Under the pieces are notes generated by a model. That model searched no databases and was not told the origin of the DNA. It saw nothing but the letters and a program-made list of their open reading frames with translations. Made by a program: the position numbers and the translations under genes. This document shows, in pieces, positions 1-11,300 of a stretch of DNA of 64,000 bases. Origin of the DNA: an uncultured Rivularia sp. (GTDB taxonomy: Bacteria > Cyanobacteriota > Cyanobacteriia > Cyanobacteriales > Nostocaceae); NCBI GenBank assembly GCA_963665115.1, contig OY762007.1:640001-704000 (forward strand). The letters are read 5' to 3'. Within the stretch, counting starts at the first letter, position 1, and each line of letters opens with the position of its first letter.

Positions 1-724
1 TATGATAAAGGCTTCTTCTGCCAAATTGCTGACAATTAATCTAAAAGCAATCTGTTGTACTTTTTCTACAGGAATTACTAATCGAACGGCTATTTCATTC
101 AAACTGGTTTGATTGTCAGCATATTCCCAAACTCTTGATTCTTGAGAATCCAACTGTAGACGAGATAAAACAGAACTCTTTCTTAAAAGACCTGAAGTAG
201 GATCTGGTAGCTTTGCTTTTAATGCAGACCAGTTTCGCAGGCTCCGTAAACCCTTGATGGTAGCTTCAGTTGTTGACATACTTAACCCGGTCATTTCTGC
301 CGCTGGTATGGCAGCCTGAAAATCAAAATCAAACTTACCATTTTCGAGTTCAAACAAAGGAGAAACTTGTCCCATTATTTGGGCACGAAATAATAGTGTC
401 AGTTGCTCTGCGCTAAGCAGCCCTTGAGACTTGAGACACAAGCCCATTGCCATTTTTCGACCGCTCTCTTGAAATTTTTCTGTTACAGAACTCTCGCTTA
501 CCCAGCCTCTACGGGCAATCATTGAAATTAAACCGCGCCCGTCTGAGTTATTTGCTGCGGCTAAAATGCGACCCCTGACGCAGCCATATAAAATGATTTT
601 GGGCTTGTTCATTCTGCTCCATTTTTAAAGCACGAATGCTCAGCAAGCCGGTTTTATAACCTTGTTCTAAAAATTCAAAAATTTCTGGCAAAGAAAATTT
701 AGATAAGTAACCAGTAAATGCCAT
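1..724 (-). CDS. DUF4388/PatA-N-like domain protein; 3' end runs off the window; +1 frameshift at CCCC 572-575
   Basis: Manual translation from ATG at 724 gives MAFTGYLSKFSLPEIFEFLEQGYKTGLLSI...HFIWLRQG. Removing one base continues RILAAANNSDGRGLISMIARRGW and stays open to the edge. Not in the ORF track. Confidence 0.75.
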
Positions 725-1085
725 GTCTTCCTTCGTAAAATATTTTTTTAGGTAACATTAATGCGTCTGTCTATTTTGCTCGTCAAAGTTGAAAATAATT
801 ATAAATCACTTTTAGAGCCAAAATATGTAAAGTTAAATGGTGTATATTAAATCTACCTCTTATCTTATTATATATTTTCATCGCTATATTTATTCTTAAA
901 TAAATATTTAAGTTAGGGACAAAAATTGTTACAAAATAAATAAGTCTGTTCCAAGAAGTTAATCTGTATACATCATGCTGAAATTATATATTTCAAGAAT
1001 AAAATACTATTCTATAAAACAAATCTCCGTCATCAGAATTATGCGGACAGAAAAAGTTTTGGCTCTTCATAAGACAGACATTCAA

Positions 1086-1640
1086 TTATACGACCATTGC
1101 TTTTGAAGCATTATGTTGTGCATAATGCTGTACTAAAGAAATTACAGCAGTGACAACAGAAGATATTTCATTGGGATGAACTATCACAACAGGAGGTTGT
1201 GTACTGGCATCGTAATAACCCAAAGCTGCTATTACATTTTCCTCAGACCATGCACCAGAACAATCCGAATGAGTTAAACCAATAACCATAGGAATTTGCG
1301 CCCTCTGATTCATATAAGAAATTATTTTGCGAGCGTAACGAAATTCTCCTGGTCTATGAGCTGCTACCAGTAATATATAGGCATGAGCCTTACCAATTAA
1401 CATATCCCAGATAAAATTAAATCGTTCTTGACCTGGTGTACCGTAAAGATGCAGTGCCATATCTGGATTAAACTGCAATCTACCAAAATCAAAAGCAACA
1501 GTAGTTTTTTGCTTAAGTAATGAAGTTTCGTCTGTTGCTCTGCGGTCTGTATCTACAGTTTCAATTTCGCTAATCGAACGAATAAATGTAGATTTACCAG
1601 CCCCTACAGGACCAGTAACAACCATACGCATGATTTCCAT
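1086..1640 (-). CDS. Small ATP/GTP-binding protein (MglA/ATP_bind_1-like GTPase)
   Basis: P-loop GPVGAGKST, TTVAFDFG, and G3-like GTPGQERF. Likely start is MEIMR at 1640. Confidence 0.9.
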   Translation of the reverse strand: MEIMRMVVTGPVGAGKSTFIRSISEIETVDTDRRATDETSLLKQKTTVAFDFGRLQFNPDMALHLYGTPGQERFNFIWDMLIGKAHAYILLVAAHRPGEFRYARKIISYMNQRAQIPMVIGLTHSDCSGAWSEENVIAALGYYDASTQPPVVIVHPNEISSVVTAVISLVQHYAQHNASKAMVV

Positions 1641-1786
1641 AGAACTAAAAAAAATAGACAACTATTGTTGAAATAACCAGTTATCAAGAATATAAATTGA
1701 ACTTTCCTTTCGACCATCGATGCGATTCTAGATAAAGGCAACGGTTCAATATACCTATCTTTAAGGTAGTAACTGATAACTTATAT

Positions 1787-2025
1787 CATGTCCGGTTGAT
1801 TACTTGTGGTTATGTTTTCAAGGAATAATTTACTTAGTATTTCCTTTTTAGAAATAATAAATGCGAACATGATGAAAATGAATTTAATCGTTACCTTATT
1901 CCATTTTAAATTTTAGATTTTAGATTTAGAATTGTATTTGATCGGATTTAAAAAAGCTGATAAAATAATATTCTCCAAAATCGATTATCTATCATATTGA
2001 TGTTTTAGGTAACTCGACCGACATT
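1787..2025. mobile_element. MITE-like element with imperfect terminal inverted repeats and internal TTTAGAT tract
   Basis: CATGTCCGGTTGATTAC at the left end and GTAACTCGACCGACAT at the right end; non-coding interior. Confidence 0.4.
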
Positions 2026-2039
2026 AAGTTATTGAAAAA

Positions 2040-2411
2040 TTACATTAAAACTAACTTCAATTCTTCGGTAAGGCGCTTGATTTCTAACATCAATAAACCT
2101 TGCTTCGCTGATTGGCTCGCCAATACTAGCAATACTGCATCTTCGCCGCAGTTAGTTAATACGCCGTAGCCTTTATCGCCTTCAACGAAAATACGGTCTG
2201 TACTACCTCTAGATAATTCACTACCTATACGTTCACCCAAAGATAGCATCGCCGCAGACATCGCGGATACTTTCTCATCATCCATCGCACTTGGTAGCAC
2301 TGAAGCTAGAGATAAACCATCTGGAGAAACAAGTGTTGCTCCTTGAATATCACCAGTACCGCTGACGAAATTTTGCAGGATACTTTCAATCTTTCCAACA
2401 TTAATAGGCAT
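2040..2411 (-). CDS. Roadblock/LC7 (MglB-like) protein
   Basis: IQGATLVSPDGL...SAMSAAMLSLGERIGSEL roadblock signature; next to the GTPase gene. Confidence 0.9.
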   Translation of the reverse strand: MPINVGKIESILQNFVSGTGDIQGATLVSPDGLSLASVLPSAMDDEKVSAMSAAMLSLGERIGSELSRGSTDRIFVEGDKGYGVLTNCGEDAVLLVLASQSAKQGLLMLEIKRLTEELKLVLM

Positions 2412-2472
2412 TTATTTGTCCTTGTTATTTGTATGCAAAACTCAATTGAGCAACTCGATTAAAAAGCTGTAT

Positions 2473-2934
2473 TTATACTAAGGATGCAAATTCAAAAACG
2501 TCGTTACTTCCACCACGAAGCACGGATTCTGCATGAGTACCTTTCAAACGCTTACCAGTAATTTCTTCTAAAGCTCCCCAAACTGCACCAAGAGTAAATG
2601 TGCATTTACGAGGTGAACCTTCAGGCTCGTCAGCAGAACATAAGGTTTCTGAGGTAGAAACTTTAATAACATCAGTTTCTTCAACAATGCTTTCTATAAT
2701 AAGGAGTTTTGTTCCATTCTCACCTAATGCGAAAGCCATTTTATCCGCGATGCTAGCCCAGTCAACGCTGCTTCCTGTTAAGCCTAACTCTTTCGCGAGG
2801 TTTTTACCACGGCTGCGACCTGCTGCGATTAGGGCGATCGCAGTTGCTTTTTCTCCTAATGCTTCTTCCATTCCAGTAATAGCTGCTTTAAAGCAAATAA
2901 TACTGGAAAATTCTCCAAGTTTTGGACGTGACAT
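2473..2934 (-). CDS. V4R-like small-ligand/hydrocarbon-binding protein
   Basis: ETLCS...CTFTLGAVWGALE...H.ESVLRGG..DVFEF pattern typical of V4R folds. Confidence 0.65.
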   Translation of the reverse strand: MSRPKLGEFSSIICFKAAITGMEEALGEKATAIALIAAGRSRGKNLAKELGLTGSSVDWASIADKMAFALGENGTKLLIIESIVEETDVIKVSTSETLCSADEPEGSPRKCTFTLGAVWGALEEITGKRLKGTHAESVLRGGSNDVFEFASLV

Positions 2935-3413
2935 GATTAATTACCTATTAAGATAACTGCACTTCTGATTATCTTTGGGCAATTTTGAAACGCCAACAGA
3001 GTTTATACGCATAGAATAATCTGCACTTCAGTTTTTTGTATAAGTGAAAGTACCGGGTAAATAATGGCTTATAAGTTATTTCTTTAGTCATATTGCTACC
3101 AATAAGCTGTCATGCAATATGATTGTTAAGGCATAAAGCAATTTTGGAGATGCCTGCTTGAACTGACTTATAAACTTTGATATTTGCTCTAAAAGAATGC
3201 TTACTAAAAAACATTAAATATATATACTTGTAACATATATTAACATGATTAAACGAGATACTGTATCTGCGTTATCACTGATTTGTAGCTATTTTCAAGC
3301 CTTACCCCCAAACGATCTGCTGGAAATCAAAAAAGACCATAAATAAGTACTCACTTAAGTTATTGAAAGTAAAAAGGCAATGAGAATTCCCAATGCCCAA
3401 TTCCCAACTCAAC

Positions 3414-4325
3414 TTACTTTTTCGCTTCAATTGCTTCTCTTAGATTTCCCTGATATTGGGTGAGGAGCTTCGACGCTTGTTCCTTATTCAAACCAGTTTC
3501 ATGCATCAAAATTGCTAACTTGACCCATTTGCCGCTACGTTCAAGTAAAGTACCGGCAGCTTCGCGACTCAAATTAGTTAAATCCTGCAAAATTCGTAAA
3601 GCTCTATCTTGTAACTTTTGATTTGTAACCGCGACATCTACCATGCGATTGCCGTAAACCTTACCGAGTTTGACCATAACGCCGGTAGAAAGAATATTTA
3701 AAGCTAATTTTGTAGCGGTACCGGCTTTGAGGCGAGTAGAACCAGCTAATATTTCTGGCCCTGTAAGCAAGCGAATGTCTACGTCTGTTTCTACACTAAC
3801 TTGCTCGGATGGAACGCAAGCAATAAATACGGTAGTCGCGCCCCGGCTTTTCGCTGCCTTGATAGCACCATGAACGAAAGGAGTAGTTCCACCTGCGGTA
3901 ATACCCACTACCACATCAAGCTGGGTAATTTCTCGTTGAGCCATCGCAGCTTCGCCATCTTCGGCGCTATCTTCTAAGTCTTCAGAACTGCGTACTAATG
4001 CACCAGCACCACCAGCGATTATACCTTGGACTAATTCGGGGGGAGTGCAAAAAGTAGGTGGACATTCAGCAGCATCTAATACTCCCAATCGACCGGAAGT
4101 ACCTGCACCTACATAAAACAAGCGCCCGCCTTTTTCAAGACTTTGCGCTGACAAATCAATCGCTTCAGCCAAATTTTCTGCTTCCGCAGCAACCGCAGCG
4201 ACTGCCTTTGCGTCTTCACTATTAAATAGTTCGACAAATTCGACGCTACTTAGCCCGTCTAAATTAAGACTATCGGGATTAACTTGCTCGGTTAGTAAGT
4301 GTCCGCGCTCTTGCAAATCTGCCAT
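3414..4325 (-). CDS. murQ: N-acetylmuramic acid 6-phosphate etherase
   Basis: GAGTSGRLGVLDAAECPPTF and GPEILAGSTRLKAGTATK motifs. Likely start is MADLQ at 4325. Confidence 0.96.
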   Translation of the reverse strand: MADLQERGHLLTEQVNPDSLNLDGLSSVEFVELFNSEDAKAVAAVAAEAENLAEAIDLSAQSLEKGGRLFYVGAGTSGRLGVLDAAECPPTFCTPPELVQGIIAGGAGALVRSSEDLEDSAEDGEAAMAQREITQLDVVVGITAGGTTPFVHGAIKAAKSRGATTVFIACVPSEQVSVETDVDIRLLTGPEILAGSTRLKAGTATKLALNILSTGVMVKLGKVYGNRMVDVAVTNQKLQDRALRILQDLTNLSREAAGTLLERSGKWVKLAILMHETGLNKEQASKLLTQYQGNLREAIEAKK

Positions 4326-4377
4326 GTGTAAATTTATCCTTGAATAATGCCAAACCAATTTTGGATTTTAGAAGAAA

Positions 4378-4428
4378 AGACGTGATATAGTGCCCTGCCG
4401 GGCACGCTAGCGCTAACACGTCTCTACG
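4378..4428. repeat. Palindromic GACGT..ACGTCTCTAC repeat with a nested small dispersed repeat (about 4391-4416)
   Basis: TGCCCTGCCGGGCACGCTAGCGCTAA interrupts a repeat related to those at 16527 and 34812. Confidence 0.6.
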
Positions 4429-4488
4429 TTTAAATTCATACCCGGTTTTATCCGCAGAATTAATCTAAAATCACAAATACGAAGGATC

Positions 4489-4881
4489 TTACAACAATCC
4501 TTCCAGTTTGCGACGGATATTGTCTAGATCGGAATTCGAGATTTCTTCTTCTTGTGGAACTTTTGGTTCTTCTTGAGTCGAATCGTCCTCGCGCCAATCT
4601 AGATCCTCAACATTTTGTGGTGGAGGAACAACTAAACCGCCGTCAGTAGGAACGACTTCATAGTCATAATCAGCACTTTTACAGAAATGCTCTATTTCCG
4701 ACATATCCATTGGTTCGGGTGTGGGAGTAGGAAAATCTTGCGCTTCGAGCATTAAGGCATAGCGCGAGGCGTCATCTTCGGATTCAAACATCAGCACTTT
4801 ATTGCGATCGCCGATCCGAACTGTATGAATTCCCTCATTCTCTGTACGAGCATTAAAGATTAACACAAAAACGCGCCCCAT
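4489..4881 (-). CDS. DUF3110 family cyanobacterial protein
   Basis: VFVLIFNARTENEGIH...FESEDDASRYALMLEAQDF; C-terminal LDNIRRKLEGLL. Confidence 0.85.
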   Translation of the reverse strand: MGRVFVLIFNARTENEGIHTVRIGDRNKVLMFESEDDASRYALMLEAQDFPTPTPEPMDMSEIEHFCKSADYDYEVVPTDGGLVVPPPQNVEDLDWREDDSTQEEPKVPQEEEISNSDLDNIRRKLEGLL

Positions 4882-5307
4882 CTGTAATCACCTGTCCTTT
4901 TGTTTGGGTTCTATCCATATTAAAGTTCTAGGATGCAATTGGGGCAAAGTCGAGGTAATAATTCTCGCTTTCTTAACATTTTCCTGAATTCCCTTTTATT
5001 TTGACGTGAATGTAAAGAGTGTTGCTTTTACCCAAGTACCGTTTCAATTTTAATTATTTGGATTGTATTTTTTGAAATTACTGCTACAACTGGGTTAGAC
5101 CAACTTTATTCTCTGAAAAACACATAAAGTTCTAAATGTTCTAGTATTTCACCCAGAAAACGAGCAATTTTTTCCTACTCCCTACTCCTACTCCCCGTCA
5201 GGTTTGAGCGGCAGGTTATCCTAGAAAGGTTTACGGAGTTTTACGTCCGCGTTTAGGCCCCTTCTCGCTGTACTCTTTGCATCGGCTAAAGTCAGAAGTA
5301 ACATAAA

Positions 5308-8300
5308 ATGACCAATTCTTCTTCTACTGAAAAATATTCTAAATCTAAAAACCGCAAGCGTCTTTGGTTGCTGATACTTAGTCGCGGTGGATTGGCGTTT
5401 GGCGGATTGTTACTTGTAGGAATTTCTGTTGGTATTTGGCGATTACAAAGTTTTATTCGACAAGATTTAGCTCCTTTAGTAGAAAAAAATCTTACTAATA
5501 TTATCGATCGCCCGCTGGAGTTGGGTGAGGTAAAAGGTTTTACGCTTTCTGGAGTCAAATTTGGAGCTTCGGCGATTCCGGCAACAGCAGCAGACGCAGA
5601 CAACGTTAAAGCTGATGCTATAGAGGTTGGATTTGACCCGCTACAATTATTGTTTAATCGTAGATTAAAACTAGATGTCACTTTAGTCAACCCGGTTGGT
5701 TATGTCGATCGAGATGAGCAAGGGCGCTGGATTACTACTAATATCGTATTACCGGATGAACCAGGACCAATTGATATAGAATTAGAACAAGTCCGTTTGC
5801 GTAATGGAAATGTAGTATTAAAGCCTTTTGTCGAGAATGAGATTGCTTCTCCAAAGGTGGTTTTTTCCAAACTCAACGGTTACGCGAAATTTATTGATAA
5901 TTATCAAGTGGTTCGGTTTGAAGTCGAGGGACAACCTGGAAGTACTGGTAATCTTTCGGTAGGGGGAAAGGTAAATTTAAAAAATAAAGCAGGTAATTTA
6001 CAGATACAGGCAGCAGATTTATTCGCATCAGAAGTTACTCCCCTTGTCAAGCTACCAGTTAAGTTGAAAGGAGGAAAAATAAATGGGAATTTGCAGGTAA
6101 AGTTACCAACTGGGGAAAAACAGCCTTTATTATATGGCAACGCTCGCGTAGAAGGGCTAGATTTTCAGGTAGCCCAAATGCCGAAACCGCTGGTTAATTC
6201 TCAAGGAAATTTGCAGTTTGATGGTACGAAAGTAAAACTAAATGATGTAGTTACCAGTTACGGTAAAATTCCTTTGAGTGGTGGCGGCATCATTGATTTT
6301 AATCAAGGTTACAATTTGACTGCTCGCGTCAATGCAGTCAGCGTCAACGATACTTTACAAACTCTGGAGATTCAATCACCTTTAGCCGTGGGTGGAGTTG
6401 TCAAAGGCGATTTGACGATGACGGGAGCGATTACTCAACCAGTCATTTCCGGTACCGTTGCCACGGTTAAACCTGGAATTGTCGATAAAGTTAAATTAAA
6501 AACGGCTAGCGGTAAATTTGCTTTTGTCACAGCAGATTCAACCGTTACTTTTACAGATATTCGCGGTACTGCTGCTGTCGGTGGAGAAGTTCGAGGAGCG
6601 GGTAAAATCTTAATTGGCGACGATAGTATTGGCAGAAAAACCCAAGTTAATTTTAATTTTCGCACGGGTAATGCACCAGGAGATAGTTTAGCCAGAATTT
6701 ACAATATTCCTACAAGTTCATTTCAAGTTGGTAGAGTTGCAGCGACAGCTAATTTGAGCGGTACACCAGAAACTCTTCGCACTCTGGTAAAATTTAATGC
6801 TCCTCAAGCGACTTATCCAGCTACGGGGGAAGTAATTGTCAATCCCAATCGCAGTCTCTCATTCCGTAACGTAGCCCTTGCTGTAGCTGGCGGTACGGCT
6901 TTAGCAACAGCAAGTTGGAATCAACAGCAGTGGCAAGCTGTAGCGAATACCAAGGGTATCAAAATTAATCGGTTTGTCAGTAAGGAACAGTTAGAAAAGG
7001 TAAATCTCGATCGCGCTAGTTTTAACGGAAAAGTTATTGTTTCGGGTAGTTCAGCACCCTTTAAAATTGGTCAAATTCGTACTGAAAATGCCGATATCAA
7101 AGTTGCTGGGGGTAAGGTTGCAGTTAATTCTGTTAAGTTTGACGAGCAAAAGTTTTCTGCTGAGTTGGTAGCTTCTGGGGTTCAAGTAGGACGTTTATTA
7201 AAAGATGCGAGCTTACCTATAAATGGTCCTTTGAGCGGTAAGTTTCAGGTATCGGGCAATACAGATAATTTTGATGCTAAAACTTTGCAAATTCAAGGAT
7301 ATGCAAGGTTAGCGGCTGCCGGGGGAAGGATTACAGCGAATAATATCAAAGTGAAAGACGGTATTTATTTAGCTAGAGTCAGAGCAAATAACCTACAGTT
7401 GCAGCAATTGTCACAGCAAATACCGAAGTCGTTTAAAGGCAGATTGACGGGGGAATTTGATGTTGCTGGATCTTTGGATTCCTTGCAACCCGAAAGTATA
7501 GTAGCCACTGGTAAAGCTGAGATAAAAACGAATGGTGGTGTTATTGCAGCTAATAATATTCAAGTCAAAGATGGAGTTTATTTAGCTCAAGTAGCAACAA
7601 ATAATGTCCAGATTCAAGATTTGTCCGAACAGCTTCCCAAGTCGTTTGCGGGAAGATTAACAGGTAAATTTAACCTTGCTGGCTCCTTGGATTCTTTTGC
7701 ACCGGAAAGCTTAATTATTTCGGGTAAAGCAAATTTAAATACTGTTGCTGGTAGAATTTCCGCTTCAGATATCGAGTTTGCCAGGGGACAATATCGAGCC
7801 AAAGTTGGAGTGAATAATATAGATGTACGTCAATTATCACCACAAATTCCTCAATCGTTTCCAGGCAAGTTGACGGGAAATTTTAATATTGCTGGCTCTA
7901 CAAAATCTTTTGAAGAATTAACCGTATCTGGGAATGGTTTTGTTAATGCGGCAGGTGGGAGGATTTCAGCGTCGGAGATTGCGGTTTATAACGGCAGATA
8001 TCAAGCTAAGGTTGATGCTAATAAGTTATTGGTAAGTCAGTTATCGCCGAAAATTCCTCAATCGTTTCGGGGTAGATTGACGGGTAGGTTTAATATTGCA
8101 GGTTCGTTAAATTCCTTGGAAGATGTCAATTTATCGGGGAATGCTGCGATCGATGCTGGTGATGGTAAGGTAACAGCGTCGGATATTTTTGTTAATAACG
8201 GCAAGTATCAAGCCAAAGTTGCTGCGGATAATCTATTAGTAAGCCAATTATCAGCGAAAATTCCTCAATCGTTTGGAGGAAGATTGACAGGTAGGTTTAA

Positions 8301-11300
8301 TGTTGCAGGTTCGGTAAATTCCTTGGAGGATGTTAATCTATCTGGAAATGCTGCGATCGATGCTGCTGATGGTAAGGTAACAGCGTCAGATATTTTAGTT
8401 AATAACGGTAAGTATCAAGCCAAAGTTGCTGTAAATCAAATACGGCTAAGACAATTTGCACCACAACTACCGGAAATTTTAGCTGGAGATTTGACGGGTA
8501 ATTTTAATATTACAGGTAACGTTGCAGGTTCGGTAAATTCCTTTGAAGATGTTAATCTATCGGGAAATGCTGCGATAAATGCAGCTGGTGGTAAAATTGC
8601 AGCGTCAAATATTCAAATTAACAACGGACGCTATCAAGCAGTTGTGAATGCAGCAGATGTTGAATTAAACAAATTAAATCAAAGGTTGCGGGGTAAATTT
8701 GCTAGTAATTTACAAATTGCCGGTAACTTGAAAAATCCCACTTTAGCTGATATTAGAGCTAATGGTAACGTACAGTTTTCCCAAGGAATTCCTGGCTTTG
8801 AGAAACCAATAAATGCGGCGATCGCCTGGACTGGAAATAAGCTAAAAATTGCCAGAGCAACTGCACCGGGTTTAAATATTAGCGGTGATATTTTTGCTAA
8901 TGCTAAAGGTGTGGGAATACCTCAAATTACGCAATTAGACTTAAATATACAAGCTAGTAATTTTGATTTACAGCAGCTACCTGTAGATATTTCTAACGCA
9001 GTTAATGTAGCTGGGAAGGTTGATTTTGACGGCAAGGTAACTGGTAAATTGCCTTTACCTAATGTAGTTGGACAAGTAGCTTTAAAAGATTTTGTAATTA
9101 ATGATGTGGCTTTTGAGCCAGTTTTATCTGGTAATGTCAAATCTCAATTAGGAAGCGGTTTACAGTTAAATATTGCAGGTAAACAAGACCGAATTGCAGT
9201 TAACTTAAATAAGAATAATCGACCAGAATCTTTTGTAGTGAAACGGGGTGAAGCATTTGCATCCGGTCAATCTCAAGGCGATATTTTAGCATTAGATATA
9301 AAAGCATTTCCTTTGCAGTTATTAAAATTGCCTTTACCAGTAAATCGCTATCTCGGTTCCGGTAAAATTGCTGGAACATTTACTGGCAATGTCAGAGTTA
9401 ATCAAAAAACCTTTGCCACTGCTTCGGGAAATATTACCGTTCAAAATCCAGAAGTTGGGCGTTTAAAAGGCGATAAACTGGTTGCAAATTTTAATTATAA
9501 TGGCAATAAATTAAGTATTAGTACAGGTAAATTTTTCAAAGGAGAAAGCAGATATACCGTTGCAGGTACAGTAACTCAAATAGGTGAGGCACCGCAAATC
9601 AAAGGTAAATTAAAGGTCAAACAAGGTAAAATACAAGACGTTTTAACAGCATTACAAATATACGAATTACAAGATATTCAGCGCGGTTTAGAAGAACCGA
9701 CTTATGGAAAAGCAAGTCAACTCGAAACAATTGGAGTAGGTTTACCGAATCAAACTTTATTAACTCAATTGCGACGCTATTCAGAAATTCAAGCATTATT
9801 AGCACAACAAAAACAACAGCGGCGAGATGCTTCTCCTTTTCCAGAATTAGCGAATTTAAAAGGAACTTTCAATGCTGAAGTTAGCCTAGATACAACCAAT
9901 AATGAAGGAATAAGTACGCAGTTTGATGTTAAAGGGCAAAACTTTACTTGGGGAACCGAAGAAGATCCAGAACGTTACGAAGCAAAACAAGTTATTGCTC
10001 AAGGTGGTTTTGAAAATGGAATTTTAAAATTTACACCGTTACGGATTGAATCAACAAATAGACTTGTTAGCTTTAGCGGTGCGATTGGTGGTGACGAACA
10101 GTTCGGTAATTTACAAGTAAAGAACTTTCCTTTAGAAGTAGTTAATAACTTTGTTAATTTGCCAATAGGATTCACTGGTAATCTTAACGGTAGAGCAGCA
10201 ATAGCCGGTAGTATTGCGAACCCTTTAACAAAAGGAGAATTAAAAATTACCGATGGAACTTTAAACCAAAAAGGAATCGAATCAGCAGCAGCAAGTTTTA
10301 GCTATAGCAACGGACGCTTAAACTTTGCTAGTAACGTCATGGTGAATGATTCCGAACCAGTTGACATCAACGGTAGTATTCCTTATAAATTGCCTTTCGC
10401 TTCAGTAGCTCCCCAAAGCAATCAAATTAATTTAGATGTAAATGTCAAAAATGATGGATTGGCTGTCTTAAATTTATTCAACAATCAAGTAACCTTTGAA
10501 AAAGGTGAAGGAGAAGTTAAATTAACAGTAAGGGGAACCTTGCAAGAACCAGTAGTAAATGGAAATGCTAGTATCAAAAATGGGATATTTTCCGCTCAAG
10601 CTTTACCGGAAAAGCTGACAAATGTAACCGGAAAAGTAAATTTTGATTTTGACACCATAGCAGTCAAAAATCTTCAAGGAGACTTTAGTAAAGGTAAGGT
10701 AGTCGCAAAAGGGGACATTCCTATATATAATGATGGATCTATTCAAATTAATAATCCACTCTCCGTAACTTTAGATAAATTAGCTGTAAATCTTAAAGGA
10801 CTTTATCAAGGTGGCGTTGGAGGTAATATAATTCTTAAAGGTGCCGCATTAAGTCCGATTGTTAGCGGTAACATCAATCTAGATAACGGTTTAGTATTGC
10901 TACCTGAAGGTGATGGCGATAGTGGGGTTGCAAATAGTAAAAACCTTAAACGTGTCAAAGCAGGTAAGGAAATTAATCAAGAAGAAAATACTAGAGGAAA
11001 ATTTAATAATTTACAGTTGACTTTAGGGAAAAAAGTAAAAGTAGAACGTCCTCCAATTGTTAGCATTCAAGCTAGTGGAAATTTAGACATAAACGGTACA
11101 TTTAGCAATCCCATCCCAGTCGGGACTTTAAAATTAAAGAAAGGAGGAGTTAACTTATTTACTACCCAATTTAATCTGGCGCGTGGCGAAGAAAATACCG
11201 CTACATTTATCAAAAATCAGCCCCGCGATCCAATTTTAGATATCAGCTTATTTGCTAAAGTATTAGATGTAATCCAAAGTTCTGACTTTAGTAGACCAAA

